From Solirubrobacteraceae bacterium (lineage in GTDB: Bacteria; Actinomycetota; Thermoleophilia; Solirubrobacterales; Solirubrobacteraceae), in the NCBI GenBank assembly GCA_050696475.1, contig JBOGXX010000161.1:1-33021 (forward strand): a stretch of 33,021 nucleotides of DNA, in the 5' to 3' direction. The notes under the pieces are model-generated. The model saw nothing but the letters and a program-made list of their open reading frames with translations, was not told the DNA's origin and ran no database searches. Numbering within the stretch: the first letter of the stretch is position 1; each line of letters opens with the position of its first letter. Both the position numbers and the translations under genes were made by a program. This document shows, piece after piece, positions 1 to 8,500 of this stretch.

Positions 1-71
1 CGTTGTACTGCGGCTACACGATCGTGCTGCTCGCGATCGCCGCCTACCTGCTCGTGCGCCGCGACGCATGA
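1..71 (+). CDS. 3' end of a membrane protein, probably an ABC-2 type permease (partial)
   Basis: Frame from nt 3 reads LYCGYTIVLLAIAAYLLVRRDA*. A hydrophobic helix ending in RRDA is typical of ABC-2 permease C-termini. The stop overlaps the next ATG (ATGA at 68-71). Confidence 0.55.
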   Translation, partial: LYCGYTIVLLAIAAYLLVRRDA

Positions 72-916
72 GCGCGCCGTCCCAGCCCGCGCGCACCGCG
101 CGGCGCGCGATGACCAAGGTTCCGCAGATCACGATGATCTTCTGGGTCCTGAAGCTCCTGACGACCGGGATGGGCGAGGCGATGTCCGACTTCCTCGGCC
201 AGCACAGCGTCCCGATCGCGGGCGCGATCGGATTCTTCGGCTTGTGGTTCGCACTGTGGCTGCAACTGCGCCAGCGCGAATACCGCGCACCGATCTACTG
301 GTTCGCGGTGATGATGGTCGCGATCTTCGGCACGATGATGGCCGACGGCATCCACGACGGCGCCAGCATCCCCTACGCGGTCAGTACGCCGGTGTTCGCA
401 CTCGTGGTCGCCGCGATCTTCTTCCGCTGGTATCGCAGCGAGGGCACGCTCTCGATTCACAGCATCACCACGCGCCGCCGCGAGAGCTACTACTGGGCCG
501 CGGTCCTAGCCACGTTCGCGCTCGGCACCGCCGCGGGCGACCTCACCGCGATGTCGTTGAACCTTGGCTACTGGCCCTCGGTGATCCTGTTCGCGTCGCT
601 GATCTCGATCCCGGCGGTCGGCTGGTGGCGCTTCGGGCTCAATCCGATCCTTGCGTTCTGGCTGGCCTACATCGACACGCGGCCGATCGGCGCCTCCTTC
701 GCCGACGGGTTCAGCAAGCACGAACTCGGAGGGCTCGGGCTCGGCGACGGCACGATTGCCGGGATCGCGCTGATCTTCTTCGTCGCACTCGTCGCCTACG
801 TGGCGATCACGAAGTGCGACGTGCAGGACGTCGCACCGGCTGAGCATCCCCACCTCCACCCCGAACCTCACCTGGACCCGAGTGGCAACCTGAGGCTCGC
901 CGCAGAGCCCGACTGA
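68..916 (+). CDS. DUF347 / COG4705 multi-pass membrane protein (copy 1)
   Basis: Motifs KVPQITMIFWVLKLLTTGMGE, EGTLSIHSITTRRRESYYW, FALGTAAGD and TRPIGASFAD. Confidence 0.85.
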   Translation: MSAPSQPARTARRAMTKVPQITMIFWVLKLLTTGMGEAMSDFLGQHSVPIAGAIGFFGLWFALWLQLRQREYRAPIYWFAVMMVAIFGTMMADGIHDGASIPYAVSTPVFALVVAAIFFRWYRSEGTLSIHSITTRRRESYYWAAVLATFALGTAAGDLTAMSLNLGYWPSVILFASLISIPAVGWWRFGLNPILAFWLAYIDTRPIGASFADGFSKHELGGLGLGDGTIAGIALIFFVALVAYVAITKCDVQDVAPAEHPHLHPEPHLDPSGNLRLAAEPD

Positions 917-1038
917 GTTGGCGATCGGAACGACGATCCCTTCGGAGTGCCAGCCATGCTGGGAACGGCTCCAGGGTCACGCGCGAGCTGCCGGTTTCAA
1001 GAACGGGAGTGTTCGGCGCAAACCGTCAAAATGGGCAA

Positions 1039-1870
1039 ATGAAGCAGACTGCGGACCGGGTGGCCTCGACGGGGCTCGAGCGCATCGAGCTGTATGGGCG
1101 TCGCGTGGCCGAGCACGGCTTTGCCGTCGATCTCGCGATCGCTCGCTGTCGCGGCGCTCAGCATCGTGGGTCTGAGCACCCAGCACCGGCTCGATCCGCG
1201 GCCACTCGTCTTCTGTGTGGCGCTCGTCGCGCCGCTGTTGTTGCACCGGCGCGATCCGCGCGCGTGCTTTGCGACGGTCGCCCTGGTCGCATTGTTGCAG
1301 TGGCTGTTCTCGGTGCCCCAGCTTGCGGACTTCGCGGTGCTGATCTCGCTCTATTGGGTGGCGCTCGAGAGCGACCTGACCGAGGTGGCGCTCGCTGCCC
1401 CCATCGTCGAGGCCGGCGCGATCATGGCAGCGCTTCGCTGGTCCCCTTCGGAGTCGCTGAAGGTTTGGGTCGGGCTCACCGGCCTCGGGACCGCCGACGG
1501 AGCCAGCTACATCCCCGTGACGATGGACCTCGACGGCGATCCCCACGATCTGCCCGAGGGCATCCAGCTCACGGTGTTCCGCGTGGTGCAGGAGGCGCTG
1601 ACGAACACGCTCAAGCACGCCGCGCGCCCCGCCAGCACTCACCTCGCCTTGCACTGCCACTCGGGCGGTGTCGAGCTGGAGGTGACAGATACCGGCGGGT
1701 CCGCTCCGATCAGCGAGCCTGGGCAAGCGGCCAGGAGCGGACGCGGACTGCGCGGGATGCGCGAGCGCGCGGCCGCCTACGGCGGCAGGCTCGACGCCGG
1801 GCCGGCGCCCGACGGCGGGTGGCGCGTGCACCTACGCCTCCAGCCCGATGTCGAGCCGGTCTCACCATGA
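1039..1870 (+). pseudogene. NarL-associated membrane sensor histidine kinase, frameshifted near 1141 and lacking the HisKA_3 phospho-acceptor domain
   Basis: ATG 1039 reads MKQTADR...AVDLAI, then continues in another frame from 1142 (LAVAALSIVGL...). The TM helices join almost directly to the HATPase (FRVVQEALTNTLKHA, GRGLRGMRERA, GGWRV) with no ARELHD H-box. Confidence 0.75.
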
Positions 1871-2568
1871 CCACGAGCCTGCTCCTGGCCGACGACCAGG
1901 AGCTGATGCGGATGGGGTTTCGCATGGTGATCGACGCCCAGCGCGACCTGGCGATCCTCGGCGAGGAGACGAACGGAATCGAGGCCGTCGCGGCCACGCG
2001 CACGCTGAAGCCCGACGCCGTGTTGATGGACGTGCGGATGCCCGAGATGGACGGCGTGCAGGCCACCCGTCTGATCGTGGACTCCGACAGCGATGCGCGG
2101 ATCATCATCCTCACCACCTTCGACCTCGACGAGCACGTGTTCGCGGCGCTGCGAGCCGGCGCGAGCGGCTTTCTGCTGAAGGACTCACCCCCCAACGACC
2201 TGCTCTCGGCTATCCGCGCGGTAGCGAGCGCCGATGCGGTGGTCGCGCCGAGCGTGACCCGGCGGCTGCTGGATAGCTACGCTGACCGTCTCCCCACACG
2301 CGACCCTCGCGATTCCGAGGCCGACGAGCGCCTGGAGCTGCTGACCAGCCGCGAGCGAGAGGTACTGCTGCACGTCGCGCGCAGCCTCTCCAACGCCGAG
2401 ATCGCCGAGCAGCTCGTGCTCTCCGAGGCCACCGTCAAGTCCCACGTCGGGCGCATCCTCGCAAAGCTCGAGCTACGCGACCGCGTGCAGATCGTCGTCT
2501 TCGCCTATGAGACAGGACTCATCACCCCCTCCCAACGCGCCCAACCCGAGGAGGCGTCCGCCACGTGA
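1867..2568 (+). CDS. NarL/LuxR-family two-component response regulator
   Basis: Receiver LLADDQ...LMDVRMPEMDG...LTTFD...FLLKD and LuxR HTH LTSREREVL...SNAEIAEQLVLSEATVKSHV. ATG 1867 overlaps the kinase stop. Confidence 0.93.
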   Translation: MTTSLLLADDQELMRMGFRMVIDAQRDLAILGEETNGIEAVAATRTLKPDAVLMDVRMPEMDGVQATRLIVDSDSDARIIILTTFDLDEHVFAALRAGASGFLLKDSPPNDLLSAIRAVASADAVVAPSVTRRLLDSYADRLPTRDPRDSEADERLELLTSREREVLLHVARSLSNAEIAEQLVLSEATVKSHVGRILAKLELRDRVQIVVFAYETGLITPSQRAQPEEASAT

Positions 2569-3425
2569 TCTCCGCTCCCCATGATCGTCCGTTAGACGCC
2601 CAGACCGCGCCGAGCAACGGCCAGATTCCGCTGCTCGATCGTTTCTTTCCCCCTGCCCTCGCTGCGAAGGTCCCGGAGGTCATCTTTCTCTTTTGGGTGG
2701 TCAAGATCCTGACGACCGCCGGCGGTGAGGCCACTTCGGACTACCTGAAGACATACGGCAATTTCGAGGGCGGCGGACTCGAGGTGCTCGTGATCGTCGT
2801 GGGTCTGGTGCTGCAGTTCGGCACCCGTCGCTACCGAGCGTTCGCATATTGGTCATTCGCATTCGCAATCGCGATCACGGGGACCGGCGTCTCCGATTTC
2901 CTGCACCTCGACGTCCATATCCCCTACGCGGGCACGACCCTTTTGTGGGCGGTGATATTGGCCGGGATCTTCTGGCTCTGGCAGCGCAACGAGGGTACGC
3001 TGTCGATCCACAGCATCACGACCCAGCGGCGTGAGGGCTACTACTGGGCGACCGTGTTCGCGACCTTCGCCCTCGGCACCGCACTCGGAGACTTCACCGC
3101 GACTACGCTTCACCTCGGCTACCTGGACTCGGGCATCCTCTTCACGGTCATCATCCTGATCCCCGCGTTGGCGCACTGGCAGTTCGGCCTGAACGGCGTC
3201 GCCGCCTTTTGGATGTCCTACGTCGTCACGCGGCCGCTCGGCGCGTCCTTCGCCGACTACATCAGCAAGCCCAAGAACATCAGCGGGATCGACTTCGGCG
3301 ACGGCCCCACCGCGATCGTGTTCGCGCTCGCCGTATTCGCCCTCGTCTGCTACCTCGCGCTCGCACGTCCGGACATCCAGAAGCCGCCCGCAGCTCCCGA
3401 CGGGCAGCCCGCTACCGGCGCATAG
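2565..3425 (+). CDS. DUF347 / COG4705 multi-pass membrane protein (copy 2)
   Basis: KVPEVIFLFWVVKILTTAGGE, EGTLSIHSITTQRREGYYW, FALGTALGD and TRPLGASFAD; paralog of 68..916; GTGA overlap with the regulator stop. Confidence 0.85.
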   Translation: MISAPHDRPLDAQTAPSNGQIPLLDRFFPPALAAKVPEVIFLFWVVKILTTAGGEATSDYLKTYGNFEGGGLEVLVIVVGLVLQFGTRRYRAFAYWSFAFAIAITGTGVSDFLHLDVHIPYAGTTLLWAVILAGIFWLWQRNEGTLSIHSITTQRREGYYWATVFATFALGTALGDFTATTLHLGYLDSGILFTVIILIPALAHWQFGLNGVAAFWMSYVVTRPLGASFADYISKPKNISGIDFGDGPTAIVFALAVFALVCYLALARPDIQKPPAAPDGQPATGA

Positions 3426-3466
3426 CAGCACGGCGCCTGATTCTCGCTCCTCAGCGCGCCAAGTCA

Positions 3467-4027
3467 TCACCTGCGGCGTGCGTCGTTGTCGCGCGGATGG
3501 CGAAGAATGGTGAACGCAAGTACGAGGAGTCCGAGTGCGAGCAGCACGCGCCCGAGCAGCGAGCTGACCTCGACCCAGGCGGTGCCAGCGAGTACTCCGA
3601 CGAGAATGAAGGCGACGGCCCACAATCCGCTGCCGAGCAGCGTCAACCCGACGAACGGGGCGAGAGGGACGCGGCGCGCGCCGGCTGGCAGTGAGACGAA
3701 CGTGCGCGCGAGGGGCATCAGCCGTGCCGTGAACACGGCACTCGTCCCATGGCGGTCGAGCAGACTCTCCCAGCGGGCCAGCACCGAGCCGACAAGTGGC
3801 GCGTCCACGAGCACCCCGCTCGCGCCTACACCGTAGGCGAGCAGCGAGCCGCACAAGTTGCCCGCAGTCGCCGCGAGCACGGCCAACGGAAAGCTCATCC
3901 AGCCCTGGTGCACGGCAACGCCGGAGAAGATCAGCGTGAACTCGCTCGGGATCGGGATACACGCGCTCTCGGGAACCATCAGCAAGAACACGCCGAGCAC
4001 CCCGAAGCTCTCAATCACGCCAGCCAT
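3467..4027 (-). CDS. dedA: DedA family membrane protein
   Basis: ESACIPIPSE and FTARLMPLARTFVSLPAG DedA motifs; GAGAGGG RBS-like sequence upstream of ATG 4027. Confidence 0.88.
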   Translation of the reverse strand: MAGVIESFGVLGVFLLMVPESACIPIPSEFTLIFSGVAVHQGWMSFPLAVLAATAGNLCGSLLAYGVGASGVLVDAPLVGSVLARWESLLDRHGTSAVFTARLMPLARTFVSLPAGARRVPLAPFVGLTLLGSGLWAVAFILVGVLAGTAWVEVSSLLGRVLLALGLLVLAFTILRHPRDNDARRR

Positions 4028-4251
4028 TGCGAGCCCTCTCTGGACTGCGAGCGATAGCGGCTCACGGCGATCAGAGTCCACAGCGCCTCGACAACGCCGA
4101 AGCGCCAGGTGCCGGCGAGGGATCCGTAGGCGCTCGACACCGCGCAGGCGCAGGCGAATGCGAGGATGAACGTGAGCACGGCAACAGTTTGGCGCAGCCT
4201 CCTCGCTCTGACCTTGACCGCCGGCCGGGTGGGGAGTAGCGTCTTCGACAT
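4015..4251 (-). pseudogene. Small membrane protein, possibly degraded
   Basis: FILAFACACAVSSAYGSLAGTWRFGVVEALW resembles, from memory, a small conserved family (…AYGFLxGxWPFGxVExxW). The N-terminal MYALE segment appears to be missing. Confidence 0.45.
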
Positions 4252-4609
4252 GCCTGGTTGACGTTGACCGCTCGCGTATGCGGCCTATGCTCGTCCGCCT
4301 CCCTGGCGGTGCATCACTCGACGCGCGAAATGCACCATGACGACGACAGGGGGGTGCGCGACGATGAACAAGATCGACATGAAGGGCTGTGCCGACCGGG
4401 CGGCAGCGGTCGCCTACAGCCAGAGCGACGAGCGGCCCGCGAGTAGCGGCTGAAGACCAACGACGGTCCGAGAAGCAGCATGCGGTCGGCCACTACACTA
4501 CAAGGGTGGCTTCGATTTCAACCCGCAGCTCGTGACGTGCGGCCGGGAGGTATTACGGGTGTCCTGCGGCCCGGTTGAAGACGAATCGAGGCGCTAGGAT
4601 CGTGGTCCC

Positions 4610-4682
4610 GGCGAGATAGCTCAGTTGGTAGAGCATACGACTGAAAATCGTAGTGTCCTCGGTTCGATTCCGAGTCTCGCCA
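4610..4682 (+). tRNA. tRNA-Phe (GAA)
   Basis: Cloverleaf with GGCGAGA/TCTCGCC acceptor stem, GCTC-AGTTGGTA-GAGC D arm, TACGA-CTGAAAA-TCGTA anticodon arm and CTCGG-TTCGATT-CCGAG T arm. CCA is not encoded. Confidence 0.97.
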
Positions 4683-5061
4683 CTAAAAAGCCCTGTAAAT
4701 GAGCGTGCTGGCGGTAACGGCGCCGGTAAGCTCGATCGCCTGGGACTCGCGTTTTGACTTGCGCCAAGGTGGCCGGCATAGGGTGATCGGGTCGACGTGG
4801 GCGGCGAGAGCTGCGCGCTGAATCAACGGACGGGATGCAGGCAGAGCTGACGGAGAACGCCCCGATCTGAAGGCAGCTCAAAAGGAGGCCGGCGGGCGCG
4901 AGCGCGAGCCGCCCGCGGCAGCGGCGACCCGAGCGCCCATGATCCGTGTTCTCCCGGCCGCCGCCTGGCCGTTGCGAGAACTGGGCACCGTCGTCGTATA
5001 CCACCATTCATCCCTACCCACGCGCCCCTGCTCCACGAATCACCGAGGCGGGCAGTGGCCG

Positions 5062-6777
5062 TCAGGCGAGAGCTGGTGCTTGGGTGTGTTGGCGGCTGCG
5101 GTGCTCGGCGAGGGGTAGGCGTTCCTCGACGGTGACCCGGCGGGTCTCCATCAGCTCGGGGGTACTGGTGATGGGTGGCAAGGTCATGGAGGCGCAGGCG
5201 TGCGTGTCGGCGAACGCTGAGCCGAGAAAGCGTGTTTGGGCGGCGACGAGCACGGCGTAGGCCATTGCTGAGAGGTCGCGCAGCGGCTGGTGTCGGTTTT
5301 GGCGTTCGCCGAGGTCTATCTGGGCGAGCGCGTCGAGCCCACAGGTGCGCCAGCTGTCGATCAGCATCGCGATCTCGACGCCGTAGCCGGCGCTGAACGG
5401 GATCTGTTCAAGCAGCGCCCGGCGGGCGGCGGTCTCTCCCGCGAGTGGCTGGTCGAACACAGCGAGCTCGGGGGCGTGCAGGTTCAGCAGTGGCCTTGCC
5501 ATCAGCTCTGTGACGCGCCCGCCACCGTCGGCGAGCACGATGTCCCCCTCTCGGAACGGGCGGCGGAAGGTGCCCTTGACGAACTGGACATCGGGGTCAC
5601 AGAGCAACGGGCCGAGGAGCCCGAGGAGGAAGCCGTCGTGGAAGTCTTCGGTGTCGGTGTCGGCGAACGCGACGATTTCGCTGCTGGTCGCGGCAAGCCC
5701 GCGCCACATGGCATCGCCCTTGCCTTGTGCGGGCCCGCAGTCACTGAGCAGCTCGTCCTCTTGGGCGACCTCGAGTCCTGCGTGACGGGCGATCGTGGCG
5801 GTTTCGTCCTTGGAGTCGGCGTCGATGAGGAGCACCTCGTCTAGCAGGCCAGCGTCTTTGAGACGAGCTGCCGCGTCGGCGATCGGGCCGATTGTACGTG
5901 CGACTTCGCGGGTGGGCAGCAGCAGCGCGACGGTGTTCTGCTTTACCGCGAGGAGCCGGTCGAGGGGAAACTCGCTCGAGTGGTGGGTGCGCCGAGCGCG
6001 CCAGTCTGAGCGCGCGAGGTCTTGCGCGAGTCCGCGAGGCGCGCGCCCGTCGGTGCGAGCGGAGGTCTTGACCCGCACGCGGCGGGTGCGGTGGATGGCG
6101 ATGCCTTGGCGGATGAGGGCTTGGGCGAGCGCCTCGTCCTCGAGTGCTGCGCGTACCGGCAGCCCGCCGCAGCGTTCGTATGCGGCAGCGGTCAGCGCGA
6201 GCGATGCGCCGGAGAAATGCGGGTGCTCGACCGTCGCGGCGCCCGCTGTTTGTTCGATGGCGCTGGCGAGCCGCTGGGTCATGGTCTGCTCCCGTATGGC
6301 GAGAGCGTGCGGGTCGAGCGTGTGTTGCTCTGTGGGGTCGAGTTCGATCAGCCCGCCGATCGCCGCGGCGCCCGACCACACGAGGGCGAGTTGTGTTGAG
6401 AGCCAGTCCTCCGCGACGGTGGTGTCGGCGTCGGTGCTGGCGATCAGCCCGTCCTGCATTCCGAGGCTCATGAGCCGACGGCAAGCGATGTCCATGCCCA
6501 ATCGCCGGGCGCGGCCGACGCCTTGCGGCTGTGAGAGGGTGATGGTGTGGATGGCGGGCTGTTGGTGCAGCCGTGCGGCCTGCTGGATGACGTGGAAAGT
6601 GTGGTCGCGGCAGCCGTCGAGGAGCACGATCACCTCGTAGCTGCCGGCGGGCATGTCGCGCTGGAGGGCGAGCGCCTGCAGGCAGGCAGCGATGCGTGGC
6701 GCCTCGTCGCGGGCGGGGATCACGACGATCGCGTGCAGGCCGGGAGGGGGAGGGGCGAGCTCGACGGGGTCGTTCAT
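5062..6777 (-). CDS. gpgS: Fusion of a GT2 glycosyltransferase and glucosyl-3-phosphoglycerate synthase
   Basis: N-terminal GT2 (VVIPARDEA, ASTDADT, GASLA, EDEAL, TSARTDGRAPRG). C-terminal GpgS-like domain (GKGDAMW, FVKGTFRRP, GGRVTELMARPLL, QPLAGE, GYGVEIAMLID, NRHQPLRDL). ATG 6777 overlaps the upstream stop. Confidence 0.85.
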   Translation of the reverse strand: MNDPVELAPPPPGLHAIVVIPARDEAPRIAACLQALALQRDMPAGSYEVIVLLDGCRDHTFHVIQQAARLHQQPAIHTITLSQPQGVGRARRLGMDIACRRLMSLGMQDGLIASTDADTTVAEDWLSTQLALVWSGAAAIGGLIELDPTEQHTLDPHALAIREQTMTQRLASAIEQTAGAATVEHPHFSGASLALTAAAYERCGGLPVRAALEDEALAQALIRQGIAIHRTRRVRVKTSARTDGRAPRGLAQDLARSDWRARRTHHSSEFPLDRLLAVKQNTVALLLPTREVARTIGPIADAAARLKDAGLLDEVLLIDADSKDETATIARHAGLEVAQEDELLSDCGPAQGKGDAMWRGLAATSSEIVAFADTDTEDFHDGFLLGLLGPLLCDPDVQFVKGTFRRPFREGDIVLADGGGRVTELMARPLLNLHAPELAVFDQPLAGETAARRALLEQIPFSAGYGVEIAMLIDSWRTCGLDALAQIDLGERQNRHQPLRDLSAMAYAVLVAAQTRFLGSAFADTHACASMTLPPITSTPELMETRRVTVEERLPLAEHRSRQHTQAPALA

Positions 6778-7931
6778 GGCGGGCTGTCTCCGGCTGCGAT
6801 CAGCTCGCGGGCGTGTTCGTAGTCCCCGTCGCGGTTGTGGGTGAGCGCCCCGACGAGCCGGCCTTCGCGGGAGTACCAGACCGTGAACGCACCGTCGGGA
6901 TGCTCGTCGAGCCGGCTGGTGTCGTGGCCGTCGCCCCACGCCGCGTACTTGATGGTGTGCCGGCCGATGGTCGACCAGAAGCCGGGCACGTCCCGCCACT
7001 GCGTGTCCTCACCGGCGAGGACACGCCCCGCGATCTCGCCCTGGCCGAGCGCGTCACCCCAATGCTCGACGCGCAGCCGCCGTCCCGCCTGGTGGTTGTG
7101 GGCGTAGGCGACGTCGCCGACGGCGAGCACCCGCTCGTGCGCTCGCATCTGCGCGTCGGTGAGGACCGCACCCTCGGCGATCTCAAGGCCCGCGTGTTCG
7201 GCCAGCTCGCTGCGGGGCCGCACACCCATGCCGAGCGCCACGTTGTCGGCCTCGATCAGCTCGTCGCGCTCGAGCGCGACAATGCGGCCGTTGTGCACGG
7301 CCGAGACCTCTACCCCCATCCGCAAAGTCACATCGAGGTCGGTCAGCCAAAGTGCGATGCGCGCCGCGGCATCGGCGCCAAGTCGCTGCTGCTGGGGGGC
7401 GGGTTCCTGGCCGATGAGCGTCACCTGGCTGCCGCGGAGTGCGAGCGAGGCGGCTAGCTCGCAGCCGATGAACCCGGTGCCGAGCACGATGGACCTGACG
7501 CCTGGTGTGGCTTGGGCAGCGAGGCGTTCGCTGTCGGGCCGCTCGCGCACAGTCTGTACCCGCGAGTCATCCAGGCCGGGTAGCTCGGGCCGGATTGGTT
7601 CGGCGCCTGTGGCGAGCACGATCATCTCAGCGTTGAGCGCATGCCCGTCGGCGTGCACGACGCCGGCGTAGGGATCGATCGCGGTTACTTCGCAGCCGAG
7701 GTGCAGCTGTATGTCGTGCTCATCAAACCACCCGCGGGACTCGATCGACAGCTCCCCCGCATCGAGCTCACCGCGCAGGAACTCCTTGGTCAGCGGCGGC
7801 CGACGGTACGGGATGATTGTCTCCTTACCGAGCATCGTGACCTCGGCCGGGCCGCCGTGCTCGCGGTAGGCACGAGCGGTTGCCAGGCCGGCGGGGCCGG
7901 CGCCGACGATCACAATTCCCCCCGGTCTCAT
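6774..7931 (-). CDS. FAD/NAD(P)H-dependent oxidoreductase, ferredoxin reductase-like
   Basis: GAGPAG, PYRRPPLTK, LATGA, GTGFIG, AVGD, RVEHW and PGFWS motifs; ATGA overlaps at both ends. Confidence 0.88.
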   Translation of the reverse strand: MRPGGIVIVGAGPAGLATARAYREHGGPAEVTMLGKETIIPYRRPPLTKEFLRGELDAGELSIESRGWFDEHDIQLHLGCEVTAIDPYAGVVHADGHALNAEMIVLATGAEPIRPELPGLDDSRVQTVRERPDSERLAAQATPGVRSIVLGTGFIGCELAASLALRGSQVTLIGQEPAPQQQRLGADAAARIALWLTDLDVTLRMGVEVSAVHNGRIVALERDELIEADNVALGMGVRPRSELAEHAGLEIAEGAVLTDAQMRAHERVLAVGDVAYAHNHQAGRRLRVEHWGDALGQGEIAGRVLAGEDTQWRDVPGFWSTIGRHTIKYAAWGDGHDTSRLDEHPDGAFTVWYSREGRLVGALTHNRDGDYEHARELIAAGDSPP

Positions 7932-8500
7932 TGGCCGTCGAAGCGGTCGAGTCTGTACCTGTGTTGGCGTGCATCGAGCGCGTGCCACTCGGCGAGCTCG
8001 CTTGCGAGCCGGTCGTGCACCTGATCGCCCCTCATTGGCTCGTCGCGGCCGGCGCCGCGCCAGCTGACCGCGAGGACACATGCCCCGTGGGAGAGCTGGA
8101 TCTTGATCCAGCCGATCGCCTCCTCGAACGCCGACGGCTGCAGGTAATAGAGGATCTCCGAGCAGACGATCACATCCCAGGAGCCGGGCGGGGTTTCCTC
8201 GGGAAAGCTGGCGCGCAGAAGGTCCACGTTGCCTACGGCTTGCAGGTTCTGTTGGGCGAGTTGCAGCGCGCTGAGCGAGAAGTCGATCGCGACAAGGTGC
8301 TCACAGCCCGCGGCAAGCTGGCCGGTGAACGCGCCGATCGAGCAGCCCACCTCCAGACACAGGCCGTGCCGGGGTCTTGGCAGAGCGGCGAGGGTCGCCG
8401 CGTACTTCCGCTGCTCATAGCTGCTGGTCCGGTAGCTCCACGGGTCGGGGCTTCCTTGGTAGAGCCGCTCGAAGCGCTGTAGTTCTGCGCTCACGCTCAT
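7928..8500 (-). CDS. NodS-family SAM-dependent methyltransferase
   Basis: DPWSYRTSSYEQRKY, LEVGCSIG and DVIVCSEILYYL; ATG 8500 overlaps the upstream stop. Confidence 0.88.
   Translation of the reverse strand: MSVSAELQRFERLYQGSPDPWSYRTSSYEQRKYAATLAALPRPRHGLCLEVGCSIGAFTGQLAAGCEHLVAIDFSLSALQLAQQNLQAVGNVDLLRASFPEETPPGSWDVIVCSEILYYLQPSAFEEAIGWIKIQLSHGACVLAVSWRGAGRDEPMRGDQVHDRLASELAEWHALDARQHRYRLDRFDGQ

Noticed and set aside
1009..2568. 519-aa ORF as a single fused protein
   Set aside because: It combines the true kinase N-terminus, an out-of-frame low-complexity middle and the response regulator, which has its own ATG at 1867.
2853..3962. 369-aa minus-strand ORF
   Set aside because: Overlaps dedA in another frame and DUF347 in antisense; no domain signal.
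4575..4600. TTGAAG...TAGGAT as the tRNA promoter
   Set aside because: The -10 box is plausible, but the spacer is only 14 nt, so the pair is not supported.
4621..5041. Minus-strand ORFs 4621..5007 and 4823..5011 behind a GGGTAG box at 5014-5019
   Set aside because: No recognisable protein, one ORF runs antisense through the tRNA, and the motif spacing is off.
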